Shown piece after piece: positions 35,582-48,192 of a stretch of 64,000 bases of DNA; within the stretch, counting starts at the first letter, position 1; each line of letters starts with the position of its first letter. The notes beneath the pieces are model-generated. The model saw only the letters and a program-made list of their open reading frames with translations. It was not told the origin of the DNA and searched no databases. Origin of the DNA: Octopus vulgaris (taxonomy: Eukaryota); contig OX597839.1 in the NCBI GenBank assembly GCA_951406725.2, positions 33,852,001-33,916,000 on the forward strand. The letters run 5' to 3'. The position numbers and the translations under genes were made by a program.

Positions 35582-35770
35582 TATATAAAGTCAATCCAAA
35601 CAAAAAAACACAACAACGCGAGGACGTGTAACAAATATAGTATTATTGGATGCTCAGGAAAGAAGGAGGGTTTAACGTTTCAAACGGAGCTCTTTGTCGG
35701 AATGATCCAAAGAAGGGAAGACAGAGGAAAAAAAATCACCAACAGTACACACGAGGTCACATACCTACAC
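35190..35770. mobile_element. Penelope-like or unknown repeat remnants around a family A SINE half (35310-35487)
   Basis: 35190-35280 is the reverse complement of about 32010-32110; 35671-35703 is a decayed hammerhead-like motif. Confidence 0.4.
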
Positions 35771-36040
35771 CCCCCCCATACACACATTTTTCTCTCTCCC
35801 TCATTCCACTGCTAAGGTATTGATGAACTTGGGGCAATGGAAGAAGACCCAGCCATGCTTGCAGCCATGTTTTTGTTTTTTCTTAGTTGTGTGTTGGTGG
35901 TGGTGGTGTGTTAATCAGTGGGGGTTGATCCCTTTTCTTTCTCATCTATTTTCTTATACACCACAGAGCTGGTCAGTGTGTGTGTGTGTGTGTGTGTGTG
36001 TGAGTACCATACCATTTGTGGGTCATACCAGTGCCTGGTG

Positions 36041-36259
36041 CAGTGCTTTTCAACCTTTTTGCTGAAGTGGAACCCCAAGGAAACATTCCACTGGCTCGAG
36101 GAACCCCTGTGCAATAATTTAATAGTCTTATGCACACATATCTGCACAGGAGAATTAAAAATTACTGCCGATTTTAGCAGTTTTGTAACTTCTTGCGGAA
36201 CCCCTGAACTGTACTGGCGGAACCCTAAGGTTCCGTGGAACCCTGGTTGAAAACCACTG
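36041..36259. mobile_element. hAT (Charlie-like) MITE
   Basis: TIRs CAGTGCTTTTCAACC / GGTTGAAAACCACTG; 8-bp duplication GCCTGGTG at 36033-36040 and 36259-36266 (overlapping the terminal G). Confidence 0.85.
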
Positions 36260-36480
36260 CCTGGTGAGTAAGGTCAGCCACTGCACTAAATTGCAGAAAA
36301 GGCCGATCCTTTGATGTGGCCAAACATTCTTGTTGCTGCTGCAGACCTGACTCTCTACTCAAAGATCATTAACTATTGTTTGATCTTAGCAATTATCAGA
36401 AAGCTTTAGTTATAAAAATCGTTTATGAATATACAGGTGTCGTGTGGTTTTGTTGCTGGGGTCACACACATACCAACAAC

Positions 36481-36765
36481 AACACTGAACACCATTTTGA
36501 TCTCCATGTGTCCAACACACGTGGACATGCCTACAAAGTCAGAAAACAACACAGCTCCCATGACTTTCGGAAACATTTTTTCACGCTCAGAGTTGCTGAA
36601 GCATGGAATAAACTGCCTGCGTCAATTGTTGACTGCCATGACGCTGCATCCTTTAAGGCCCTCATGCTTTCCGAAATCCGCCGAAACTACACCTGATTAT
36701 ATATGCACTTTAGATGAGTTGTAGTGCACCTGAGCACTGTACACAATTATTATTATTATTATTAT
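36481..36765 (+). mobile_element. CR1-clade LINE 3' end with (ATT)n tail
   Basis: NTRGHAYKVRKQHSSHDFRKHFFTLRVAEAWNKLPASIV...FK, the classic CR1 RT C-terminal motif; stop at 36694-36696. Confidence 0.9.
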
Positions 36766-37774
36766 ACACATTGCTACATGCATACTTTCTTAAACACATA
36801 TTTATTCTTATCCAAAAAATAAGCAACAAGAATGGATCGGTAGTTTAGTACAATTGTTTCATACTATAAACATTTTATTAAAGCTGCAAATATTACAGCA
36901 AATATAATGTCAAGTAATCCTCAGCTAAATTTCATATAGGTTTTCCAAACATCTTAGAGAGTGTAAATATCCTTATAAAGTTATAGATGTGAGCTCAAGG
37001 AACTTGAAGCAGGATTCCAAGCAGACCATATATGCTTTCCAACAATACAAAGTTCTTAAATTAATTAGTGACATCCCAAAGAAGGTAAATCTACTCATAA
37101 AGATGTGGATATAAATTTCAGGAAACATGAAGAAAGATGTCGAATCAGACCACAATTAAGTTCGCATCTAACTGTTGCAAACAAATTTCTATAGTAGTAA
37201 GAAAGATAGCAGGGGTAGGTCAAGGAAGCTGACTAGCTATATATACACACACAATTTTATATATTCACACACACACACACAGTCCCATGACCTGCTAGAA
37301 AAGTAGCAACATCTCCCTCGAACCACAACCAACTGTTTTAAATGAGAGATGCATTTGACAGTTTGACCATGGGATGGTCAAAGCTGCTGGAATGCCTTGA
37401 TTCAGATCACACCACACCACACCAGACCAGACCAGACAGGACCTATTATGGCGCTAAAGTACCAACAATTCTTTGGGATGGTCTTGGTCAGAATGCTTTT
37501 GAACAGGGCTGACCTAGCATTAATTATCATCATCATCATCATCATCATTGACAACAACAGAACCAAATTTACATTGGTGGCAGTATTTGATGCTCTCTGG
37601 AGAACCAGGATGTAGCAGCAGCAGTAGCAGTGGTTGTAGTGGTTGTAACAGTAGTAGCAGCAGCGGCAGTAGTAGCAGTCACTGTAACAGCAATTGTCAG
37701 GGGAACAGTGACTAACTTTTTTTTAGTAATTGAGAAAATAAAGTAGTAGTAGGGGCACTTAAGTAATTCCACTC

Positions 37775-38090
37775 TTTGTAGTAGTAGTAGTAGTAGTGGC
37801 AGTAGTAGTAGTGGCGGTAGTAGTAGTAGTAGTAGTGGGAGTAGTAGTAGTGGAGGTAGTAGTAGTAGTAGTAGTGGCAGTAGTAGTAGTGGCGGTAGTA
37901 GTAGTAGTAGTAGTAGTAGTGGCGGTAGTAGTAGTAGTAGTAGTAGTAGTGGCAGTAGTAGTAGTGGCGGTAGTAGTAGTAGTAGTAGTAGTAGTGGCGG
38001 TAGTAGTAGTAGTAGTAGTAGTAGTGGCAGTAGTAGTGGTGGTGGTGGTAGTAGTAGTAGTAGCAGTAGTAGTAGTGGTGGTGTAATACA
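37775..38090. repeat. (AGT)n with GGC/GGT interruptions
   Basis: Seen directly. Confidence 0.95.
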
Positions 38091-38329
38091 ATGACTGTAG
38101 TTGTTGTTGTTGTGATAGTAGTGGGAGGGGCCTTGGTAGGGGAGGGTCACAGTAGCCCTACTTAAAGTAGCAGTGTGGTGGTGGTGTTGGTGGTGATACA
38201 GTACATGCTCTTGTAGTCCTTGGTACTGGCAGCCACTGTATGGTTAGTGCTGGAAGAGATAAGCTGTGGTGGTAATTGGTAGGGAATGGGGGTGGGGGGG
38301 GGGGGGAAATAAGTAGTAATAGTAATAAT

Positions 38330-38490
38330 GCGGAGTCACGTGGCCTAGTGGTTAGAGCAGCGGACTCGCAGTCGAGGGATCGCGGGTTCGAATCTCAGAC
38401 CGGGTGATGTGTGTGTTTATGAGCAAAACACCTAAGCTCCATGCGGCTCCGGCAGAAGGCAATGGTGAACTTCTGCTGACTCTTTGAACT
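38330..38490 (+). mobile_element. Family C SINE head, 3' truncated
   Basis: TGGCCTAGTGG A box, GGTTCGAATC B box. Confidence 0.8.
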
Positions 38491-38534
38491 AAAGATGTTA
38501 TAATAATAATAATAATAATAATAATAAGAAGTAG

Positions 38535-38910
38535 CTGTGGTAAGTAGCTTGCTAACCAACCACATGGTTTCAGGTTCAGTCCCACTGCATGGCATCTTCT
38601 GCTATAGCCCCGGGCCGACCAATGCCTTGTGAGTGGATTTGGTAGACGGAAACTGAAAGAAGCCTGTCGTGTATATATATATATCTATATGTATGTGTGT
38701 GTGTGTGTTTGTGTGTCTGTGTTTGTCCCCCTAGCATTGACAACCGATGCTGGTGTGTTTACGTCCCCGTCACTTAGCGGTTCGGCAAAAGAAACCGATA
38801 GAATAAGTACTGGGCTTACAAAGAATAAGTGTTGGGGTCGATTTGCTTGACTAAAGGCAGTGCTCCAGCATGGCCACAGTCAAATGACTGAAACAAATAA
38901 AAGAATAAAG
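38535..38910 (+). mobile_element. Family A SINE
   Basis: Head with internal deletion through tail. Confidence 0.85.
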
Positions 38911-39294
38911 AACAATACTAATAATTGCTTCAACTTTTTCCACAAGGGCAGCAATTTTTGTGGGGAGAGGATGAGTCGATTACATCAACCCCAGTGCGTA
39001 ACTGGTATTTATTTTATCGACCAACAAAAAAATGAAAGGCAAAGATGACTCCGACGGAATTTGAACTCAGAACGTAAAGATGAGCGAAATGCTGCTTAGC
39101 AATTTTGCCCATCCTGCTAACGGTTCTGTTAGCTTGCTGCCTTGGTGATGATGATGATGTGATGGACTCTCCTCTCGAAGACGATGTATGAATGTCCACT
39201 TTTCGCTGACCGACCTGCACAAATGATTCACTTATAATGATCAAATGTATGTGCTGGATATTAGCTCACTCCCTCTGTCAAGTCGACATTCTCT

Positions 39295-39679
39295 GGAAGC
39301 ACTCTGTCGGTTCCGACGACGAGGGTTCCGGTTGATCCGAATCAACGGAACAGCCTGCTCATGAAATTAACGTGTAAGTGGTTGAGCACTCCACAGACAC
39401 GTGTACCCTTAACGTAGTTCTCGGGGATATTCAGCGTGACACAGAGAGTGACAAGGCCGGCCCTTTGAAATACAGGTACAACAGAAACAGGAAGTAAGAG
39501 TGAGAGAAAGTTGTGGTGAAAGAGTACAGCAGGGATCACCACCATCCCCTGCCGGAGCCTCGTGGAGCTTTTAGGTGTTTTCGATCAATAAACACTCACA
39601 ACGCCCGGTCTGGGAATCGAAACTGCGATCCTATGACCGCGAGTCCGCTGCCCTAACCACTGGGCCATTGCGCCTCCAC
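39295..39679 (-). mobile_element. Family C SINE, tail type 2
   Basis: Same head as 32287-32590; tail ends ACCGACAGAGTGCTTCC; near-identical copy at 44643-45026. Confidence 0.85.
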
Positions 39680-40004
39680 CAAGTCGGCATTGCCTGAACT
39701 GGTGCACAAGTGTACCACGCATCGGGTGTGGAAGGGATCGCAGAGCTATGTGAGACGAAGTGTTTTGTTCAAGAACACAACACACCACTCGGCCTAGGAA
39801 TTGAAACCATGATCCTGCGATCATGAGGAGTGTAACAGCTTAACCACTAGGCCACGTGTACTAGAGCAGTGCTTCTCCAACTATCTGATGGGGCATACAT
39901 GCAGTTTTTTTTTTTGCCAATATGCCAGGGACCAGTAATATTTCTTAGTAATATTGATCTATACCAGAAACAATATATATATATATATATTTCTTTACTA
40001 GCGA

Positions 40005-40575
40005 CAAGGGGCTAAACACAGAGAGGACAAACGGATTAAGTCGATTATATAGACCCCAGTGCGTAACTGGTACTTATTTAATCAACCCCGAAAGGATGAA
40101 GGGCAAAGTTGACCTCGGCGGAATTTGAACTCAGAACGTAACAGTAGACGAAATACCTATTTCTTTATTGTCCACAAGGGGCTAAACACAGAGGGGACAA
40201 ACAAGGACAGACAAACGGATTAAGTCGATTATACTAACCCCAGTATGTAACTGGTACTTATTTAATTGACCTCAAAAGGATGAAAGGCAAAGTCGACCTC
40301 GGCGGAATTTGAACTCTGAACGTAACAGCAGACGAAATACCTATTTCTTTACTACCCACAAGGGGCTAAACACAGAAAGGACAGACAAGGATAGACAAAT
40401 GGATTAAGTCAATTACATCGACCCCACTGCGTAACTGGTACTTAATTTATCGACCTCGAAAGGGTGAAAGGCAAAGTCGACCTCGGCGGAATTTGAACTC
40501 AGAACGTAACGACAGACGAAATACGGCTATGCACTTCGCCCGGCGTGCTAATGATTCTGCCAGCTCGCCACCGTC
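40005..40575 (-). mobile_element. Family B SINE trimer (184-bp period)
   Basis: GAAATACCTATTTCTTTA junctions at about 40155 and 40339; single head near 40560. Confidence 0.9.
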
Positions 40576-40838
40576 ATACCAGAAAGAATATATATAGGGC
40601 TTGACTGGTTTTTGTGATTTTATGTAATTACGTAGATTGTAGAAAGGCTTTCTGATGTATTTCATAGTTCTCGGTTACAGCCGTTTGATTACCTAAAATA
40701 GCCATAGTAGAATTTGAACCCGTTTCATTTGACTTTGTGCATTTAAATTTTAATAATGTGTTATTAGAATATTAAATGGAAAGTAAAAATGGGTGAATTC
40801 ATTATTAATCAGGTGAATATATTGGTTCGTTTGTTTAA

Positions 40839-41558
40839 CCCTTTCGTTACCCTATTTATTTTGAGATGCTCTGTGTTTCTTTCAATTACTTTAAATATAA
40901 CAAAGAATTTAGTAAAATAAACTTAGTTATCATTAAGCTAGTATTAGGAACATAAATTGTGACTAAGGTGTGGTGGAAGATTTTAATTCAAAACTTTTGT
41001 AAACAAGACATTTGTACTCAGAGCCAGAAGTGGTTTCAGCCAGGTTGGTATCGAATGGGTTAAGAATTGTTTCTCTATTATACATTTTAACCCTTTTGTT
41101 ACCCTATTTCTGTTGAGATGCTCTGTGTTTCTTTCAATTGATTTTAAATATAACAAAGAATTTAGTAAAATAACTTAGTTATCATTCAGCTAGTGTTAGG
41201 AACATAAATTGTGACTAAGGTTTGGTGGAAGATTTTAATTCAAAACTTTTGAAAACAAGACATTTGTACTCAGAGGCAGTTTCAGATGGGTTGGTATCAA
41301 AAGGGTTAAGAAATGTTTCCTTATTATATATTTAACCCTTTTTGTTACCCTATTTCTATTGAGATGCTCTTTGTTCCTTTCAATTAATTTTAAATATAAC
41401 AAAGAATTTAGTAAAATAACTTAGTTATCATTAAGCAAGTGTTAGGAACATTAATTGTGACTAAGGTTTGGTGGAAGATTTTAATTCAAAACTTTTGTAA
41501 ACAAGACATTTGTACTACAGAGCTAGAGGCAGTTTCGGCCAGGTTGGTCACGAAAGGG
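40839..41558 (+). mobile_element. Tandem trimer of a piggyBac-type MITE (40839-41059, 41091-41305, 41336-41558)
   Basis: Each copy TTAA-CCCTTT(C)GTTACC...GGT(A)TCGAAAGGG-TTAA; 22-23 nt spacers between TTAA sites. Confidence 0.85.
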
Positions 41559-41754
41559 TTAAATATGTAGACTCTTCTTTTGTTTGAGTATGTGGACTTG
41601 TGCTGGATATTAATAGTGTATATTTGTATCTTACTGAATAAGTATAAATTAAGGTGTATATATTGTTTTCAAGAGCTGGTCGAATTGTAAGCAAATAAGT
41701 CTAAATTCGCTGCCTTCTTGTTCAAACTGTTGGTATACTTCACTGGTAAAAATT

Positions 41755-42090
41755 CTGCCGAGGTCAACTTTGCCTTTCATCCTTTTGGGGTCGATTAAAT
41801 AAGTACCAGTTACGCACTGGGGTCGATATAATCGACTTAATCCGTTTGTCTGTCCTTGTTTGTCCCCTCTGTGTTTAGCCCCTTGTGGGTAGTAAAGAAA
41901 TAGGTATTACGTCTGCCGTTACGTTCTGAGTTCAAATTCCACCGAGGTCGACTTTGCCTTTCATCCTTTCGGGGTCGATAAATTAAGTACCAGTTATGCA
42001 CTGGGGTCGATATAATCGACTTCATACGTTTGTCTGTCCTTGTTTGTCCCCTCTGTGTTTAGCCCCTTGTGGGTAGTAAAGAAATAGGTA
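41755..42090 (+). mobile_element. Family B SINE dimer (184-bp period)
   Basis: AAAGAAATA|GGTAT junctions at 41903 and 42087. Confidence 0.9.
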
Positions 42091-42094
42091 TACT

Positions 42095-42478
42095 TCACTG
42101 GTATTTGTTTTCATTGACCCTAAAAAGATGATATGCAAAGTTGACGTCAGTGGAATTTGAACACGGATTCTCAAGACTGAAGAAATGCCACTAAGTATAT
42201 CGCCCGGCATACTGACAGTTCTGCTACCCCACTGCCTTAATAATAATAATAATAATAATAATCCTTTCACCTATAGGCTCAAGGCTTGAAATTTTTTGGG
42301 GAGGGGAATAGTCGATTACGTCGACACCCAGTGTTTCACTGGTACTTAACTTATCGACCCCGAAAGGATAAAAAGCAAAGTCGACCTCAGCAGAAATTGA
42401 ACTCAGAAAGTGAAGACCGACAAAATGGCGCTAAGCAATTTTCTCGGCGTGCTAACAATTATGCCAGCTCACTGCCTA
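42095..42478 (-). mobile_element. Two diverged family B SINE copies
   Basis: AAAGTCGACCTC/AAAGTTGACGTC domain in reverse orientation. Confidence 0.7.
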
Positions 42479-42791
42479 TAATAATAATAATAATAATAAT
42501 AGTAATAATAATAATAATAATAGTAATAATAATAATAATAGTAATATAGTAATAATAATAATAGTAATAATAATAATAGTAATAATAATAGTAATAATAA
42601 TAGTAATAGTAATAATAATAATAATAATAGTAATAATAATAGTAATAATAATAATAGTAATAATAATAGTAATAATAATAATAATAATAGTAATAATAAT
42701 GATAATAATAGTAATAATAATAGTAATAATAATAATAATAGTAATAATAATAGTAATAATAATAGTAATAATAATAGTAATAATAATAATA

Positions 42792-42839
<48 letters not shown>

Positions 42840-42972
42840 GTAATAATAATAGTAATAATAGTAATAATAATAGTAATAATAGTAATAATAATAGTAATAA
42901 TAGTAATAATAATAGTAATAATAGTAATAATAATAGTAATAATAATAATAGTAATAATAATAATAATAATAA
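42478..42972. repeat. (AAT)n/(AGT) microsatellite
   Basis: Seen directly. Confidence 0.95.
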
Positions 42973-43020
42973 ACTAACAGCCAACCCTCTCCTCGTTAAC
43001 TTTCACTAATTAACAGAAAC

Positions 43021-43062
<42 letters not shown>

Positions 43063-43335
43063 TGTACTAGTATTATAACTGTTTGTGTTGTTGTGGTGGT
43101 GGTGGTGGTGGTGGGTGATCTGGCGTGTTAAGCTAATTATCATCTTTTAATATTAACGATAATGATGTTTTGAAAAAAAATCTGAGCCAAGCCCTTCCTG
43201 GCTAAACTTTCCTTACTTGTTACATTCTTTCAGAACCGTATTGCCTGCACGAAGGGAAGGGTCCGTCTATGCAGCAGAGAAGCACCAATAATGTTGAAAC
43301 AATTTAGGTCTGTTGTTCCAAACTACATTCACAAA

Positions 43336-43372
<37 letters not shown>

Positions 43373-43584
43373 CCACTGGGTTAATTTTTTTCTTTTTTTT
43401 TTACTTTTTTTTAAAAACTTTTTTTTTTGTGTTTTATTTTTCACCCCCCCTGTTTCCTTTCCTCTGCATCCTCCGCCTTCCTCGTCCCATCCTTGTCTTC
43501 CTCATCTGCTAGTTTGTAAACTCCATCCTTACTACCTGCATCGAACTGAACTGAACCGAACCGGCAAACGACCCTTCTTCCTAC

Positions 43585-43618
<34 letters not shown>

Positions 43619-43677
43619 CCTAAGTGTGTGAGAGAGAGAGAGAAAGCATGATTGGGTGAGACAGAGAGAGCTTGAGT

Positions 43678-43815
43678 GAGTGGAAATCCTGAGTGTGAGT
43701 GTGTGGAAATCCTGAGTGTGAGTGAGTGGAAATCCTGAGTGTGAGTGAGTGGAAATCCTGAGTGTGAGTGAGTGGAAATCCTGAGTGTGAGTGAGTGGAG
43801 AACCTGAGTGTGTGA
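43678..43815. repeat. 23-bp minisatellite AGTGGAAATCCTGAGTGTGAGTG, about 6 copies
   Basis: GGAAATCC at 43682, 43705, 43728, 43751, 43774; degenerate copy at 43797. Confidence 0.9.
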
Positions 43816-44483
43816 GAGAGATAGAGAGAGAGAGCATGACTGAGTGAAACAGAGCCTGGATGAGTGAGAGAGCCTGAGTGAGTGAGTGAGAGAGAGCATG
43901 AGTGGGAGTGAGGGCCTGAGTGAGAGTGAAGAAGAGAGAGATTGTAGGGAAAGAATGTGTGCGCACATGCACGCACGCATGTGTGTGTGTGTGACATCGA
44001 AAAAAGGCGAACCTGTCCTGAGATTGAGAGCTTGTGACAAATATGTGATTTTTTTTCTATGGACCAATATGAAACTTTTCACCTCCGACTACTTTTTATT
44101 TTTCTTTCTAAGAAAGAAAGATGTTGTGATGTTTATGCCCATCCTTTCACACATACAATCATTCGTTAATCTCTACATCTGCCATCCATCTTCATTCATT
44201 CATTCATTTATTCCTAAGCAGTGAATATGAAATGGTTTCCAAATGTGAAACGCTAAACCAAGGGACCAAAGTGAAACCGAAGTTGACATGATAAAAAAAA
44301 AAGAACAAAAAAAAGAACAAAAATCTCTTATCAAGAACTTTTTACTGGTATTCCCTCGGTATACCAGAATTTTCTAATGTTGGCACAGGCCTGCATCTAT
44401 GCTGTTGCAGGGGCCTGGGCAGGCATGAGGCACATGCAAGCATAAAGCTTCATTTTCTATAGGAGAGCAGGGCAAACAAACAA

Positions 44484-44633
44484 TTAACGTGTATAAGGAA
44501 CCCTGTAATTTTGGGGGTTTAAAATTTAGAAAAACGGTTTTATAAGGGATTATAATACTATCTATGTATAAGAAACTCCCATATTTTTTTAACCTAATTT
44601 TTGACAAAAAAGGGTTCGTTATACACATTAAAA
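44484..44633. mobile_element. Tc1/mariner (pogo-like) MITE, ends eroded
   Basis: Reverse-orientation sibling of 63547-63727. Confidence 0.6.
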
Positions 44634-44642
44634 TTTTTTTTA

Positions 44643-45026
44643 GGAAGCACTCCGTCGGTTACGACGATGAGGATTCTGGTTGATCCGAATCAATGGAACA
44701 GCCTGCTCGTGAAATTAACGTGTAAGTGGTTGAGCACTCCACAGACACGTGCACCCTTAACGTAGTTCTCGGGGATATTCAGCGTGACACAGAGAGTGAC
44801 AAGGCCGGCCCTTTGAAATACAGGTACAACAGAAACAGGAAGTAAGAGTGAGAGAAAGTTGTGGTGAAAGAGTACAGCAGGGATCACCACCATCCCCTGC
44901 CGGAGCCTTGTGGAGCTTTAGGTGTTTTCGCTCAATAAACACTCACAACGCCTGGTCTGGGAATCGAAACCGCGATCCTATGACCACAAGTCCACTGCCC
45001 TAACCACTGGGCCATTGCGCCTCCAC
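44643..45026 (-). mobile_element. Family C SINE, tail type 2
   Basis: Near-identical to 39295-39679. Confidence 0.85.
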
Positions 45027-45585
45027 ACATTACAAAACGGTATATCTGTCCTGATACTTTCCTGGTACTTCATCAACCAGGTAGAATGAAAGGTAAATCC
45101 AACATAAGTAAGGTTTGAATTGGAAATGTAAAGGAGCAAAGCTAAATATTGTCAGGTAAACTAATTGGCTCTGACAGGTAAATAAACTAAGGAATATGGT
45201 ATGGAATTAGCAGCTAAGATGTCTGCTAATCATATATTTTGCTTAAACTTTTTTTATCTTTATTTTTAAACGGCAGAAATTTTAACTAAAAGTATGTGTG
45301 CATGTATGTATGAGTATGTATATATATATATATATTTTATATATTCTCTGAGAACAAACACACCACATATTCTCGGAGAATTTATGGTGGTAATAGTGTC
45401 TTTTGACGTCTATTTTTCAGTGCATGGTGAGGCACAAGCCAAGCCCTTGTTATAATTATGTTTATAATTATAAAATATTTATATTAATTTACCTATGAGG
45501 TTTTATTTCTGCGCTGACCACTTGGTAGAAATCATTAATGATTTTTACCCTTTATTATTATTATATGTGTGTGTGTGTGTGTGTG

Positions 45586-45620
<35 letters not shown>

Positions 45621-46149
45621 TAGAAAAAAAGACACCTTTTATCAATTCAATAATGAAAAATTAAATTATACCATTTAGAAAATAACATATTATAGAAAGA
45701 TTAAATATAAGATAAAACATATAACGATGATTAAGTAATATGCAAAATAATTAATAAAACGTATATATACATAAAATATAACATACAGATATATATATAT
45801 ATATATATCTGTATGTGTGTGATGTATATGGCCTGGCTCTTGTGGAATTAACATGCAAGTGGCAGAGTATTCCACAGACATGTGTACCCTTAATGTAGTT
45901 CTCAGGGAGATTCAGCATGACATAGAGTGTGACAAGGCTGGCTCCTATGAATTACTGGTACTGCTCATTTTTGCTAGTTGAGTGTCTTGCTCAAGAACAC
46001 AACTTGCCACCAGGAATTGAACTCATGATACTAAGATTGTGAGCCAAAAACACTAACCACTAAGCTATGTATATATACACACACACATGTGTATATGTAT
46101 ATACACACACATGTATATATATTGTTTAGTTATCAGATTCAATAGAATC

Positions 46150-46510
46150 TAGGCAATCAACACATAGGATACCATCCAGCGCCGCCTCAACTGGCTTCTG
46201 TGCCGGTGGCACATAAAAAGCACCATCCAAACGTGGCCGATGCCAGCGCCACCTTGACTGGCTTCCGTGCCGGTGGCACGTTAAAAGCACCAACCGATCG
46301 TGGCCGATGCCAGACTCCCCTAGCACCTGTGCCGGTGGCACGTAAAAAGCACCCACTACACTTAGTGGTTGGCGTTAGGAAGGGCATCCAGCTGTAGAAA
46401 CACTGCCAGATCAGACTGGAGCCTGGTGCAGCCCCCTGGCTTCCCAGACCCCGGTCGAACCGTCCAACCCGTGCTAGTGTGGAAAACGGACGTTAAACGA
46501 TGATGATGAT
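46150..46510 (+). mobile_element. Family D RTE-tail element
   Basis: Three hairpin units and (GAT)n tail. Confidence 0.8.
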
Positions 46511-47125
46511 ACAATAAGCATGATTCTTTTAGTTTCCATCTAGCAATTTTCTTTAGAAGGCATTGCTTGGCCCAGGGCTTTAAAAGAAGGCACTTGCTCA
46601 AGGTACCATACAGTGGGACTGAACCGAAAACCATGCTAAGCTAAGAAGCAAACTTCTTAACCACACATCCATGGACTGGTATTGTGTACCAGTAATATAC
46701 TGGGTTTCATTTAATTCACTTCATTCTCCCTCCCTCCACATCATCGCTATCATTTTACCAAGTTAATGCAAACCATTTCATACACCTCGCTTATGTATTT
46801 ACCAAAATATACAAACACCTCCACCTCCGGTTCCGTTCCGCTACCAAACTCGCAGACTTCCTTGGTCTGCTTAAGAAACCAGCATCAGTGCATGATTGTC
46901 GCAACTTCCCATTTTCTCCCACCTATAAACCCGAGATTTCTTCCATTAATGTTATGGTTCTTGTTGCTGCATGTCATGTACCAAGCGCTGTAGAGTAGAG
47001 CTAAGCTCAAACTGAGCCAAACTCAACATTGCTTTTGATAGCCAGTTTCTTTAACCAATTCATTTCATTTTCCTCCGTTTTATTACCGAAAGAAAAGGCT
47101 TGAATACCATAATGCTGTAGTGAAT

Positions 47126-47690
47126 CAGAGGTTCTCAACCAGGGAGGGTCTCTGTGACCCTTAAGGGTCCATACAAGATTTTGTTGTCAAAAATTATGGG
47201 TCCATACAAGATTTTGTTGTCAAAAATTATGGGTCCATACAAGATTTTGTTGTCAAAAATTATGGGTCCATACAAGATTTTGTCAAAAATTAAGGGTCCA
47301 TACAAGATTTTGTTGTCAAAAATTAAGGGTCCATACAAGATTTTGTTGTCAAACATTAAGGGTCCATACAAGATTTTGTTGTCAAAAATTAAGGGTCCAT
47401 ACAAGATTTTGTTGTCAAAAATTAAGGGTCCATACAAGATTTTGTTGTCAAAAATTAAGGGTCCAAACAAGATTTTGTTGTCAAAAATTAAGGGCAATAA
47501 GATCTGTTATACTTCTACAACACATGAAATATTTAATGATTTTTTTTTTTGATACAGTTTCTAATAATGTTTAATTACAAAAATAATAGGATTTTTTTTT
47601 TATATATACATCAGATGACGACAGGAGTCTAGTAGGGTAAAACAGAAATCGAAGGGGCTCGTTAGTAAAAAAAATGGTTGAGAACCACTG
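47126..47690. mobile_element. hAT-type MITE containing an internal minisatellite
   Basis: TIRs CAGAGGTTCTCAACC / GGTTGAGAACCACTG (14 of 15); flanks match at only 5 of 8. Confidence 0.7.
47165..47491. repeat. 33-bp minisatellite, 10 copies
   Basis: GGGTCCATACAAGATTTTGTTGTCAAAAATTA(T/A); one copy has a 3-bp deletion (9x33+30=327). Confidence 0.95.
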
Positions 47691-48001
47691 ATGTAAATGA
47701 AGAAAACTTGTCATAAAGTAAAATTAACAAAAAAAAAAAAAAATCAAATCCTTGCATGACCTTCACCACATCCCATTTCTCCCCTATTTGACTATAAATG
47801 TCTTTTATTGTTTATAAAAGAAATTTTTATCATGTTTTTTTTATTTCACTTCTTGTTACAAAATTATTATTATTGCTACTATTAATATTATTATTATTAC
47901 ATAATTTTCATCATCTTTATTACTGCATAATTATTATTATTATAATTATTATTATTATTAATATTATTATTATTACATAATTTTCATCATCTTTATTACT
48001 G

Positions 48002-48034
<33 letters not shown>

Positions 48035-48154
48035 CATCATTACATAATTATTAGTTGTTTTATTCTTAATTATTATAGTTATTTTTGTTATTATTACATA
48101 ATTATTTTTGTTCTTGTTATTATTATGTAATTATCATAATTGTAATTTTTATTA

Positions 48155-48187
<33 letters not shown>

Positions 48188-48192
<5 letters not shown>

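Noticed and set aside
38330-38410. tRNA-like sequences with A and B boxes
   Set aside because: They are SINE heads continuing into SINE bodies; no complete cloverleaf could be supported.
42469-42984. Poly-L/I/Y/T ORFs (also 24995-25538 and 37569-38150)
   Set aside because: Triplet microsatellite translations.
43230-43545. Exon-like segments (strong + acceptor at about 43234; minus GSKDGVYKLADEEDKDG...)
   Set aside because: All three frames are plausible on + and the minus peptide mirrors a CT-rich tract; insufficient support.
46790-46990. Minus-strand frame with one in-frame TGA next to Cys (selenoprotein idea)
   Set aside because: No recognisable selenoprotein similarity and no SECIS identified.
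47135-47552. GPYKILLSKIK / DNKILYGPLIF repeat ORFs
   Set aside because: 33-bp minisatellite inside a MITE.
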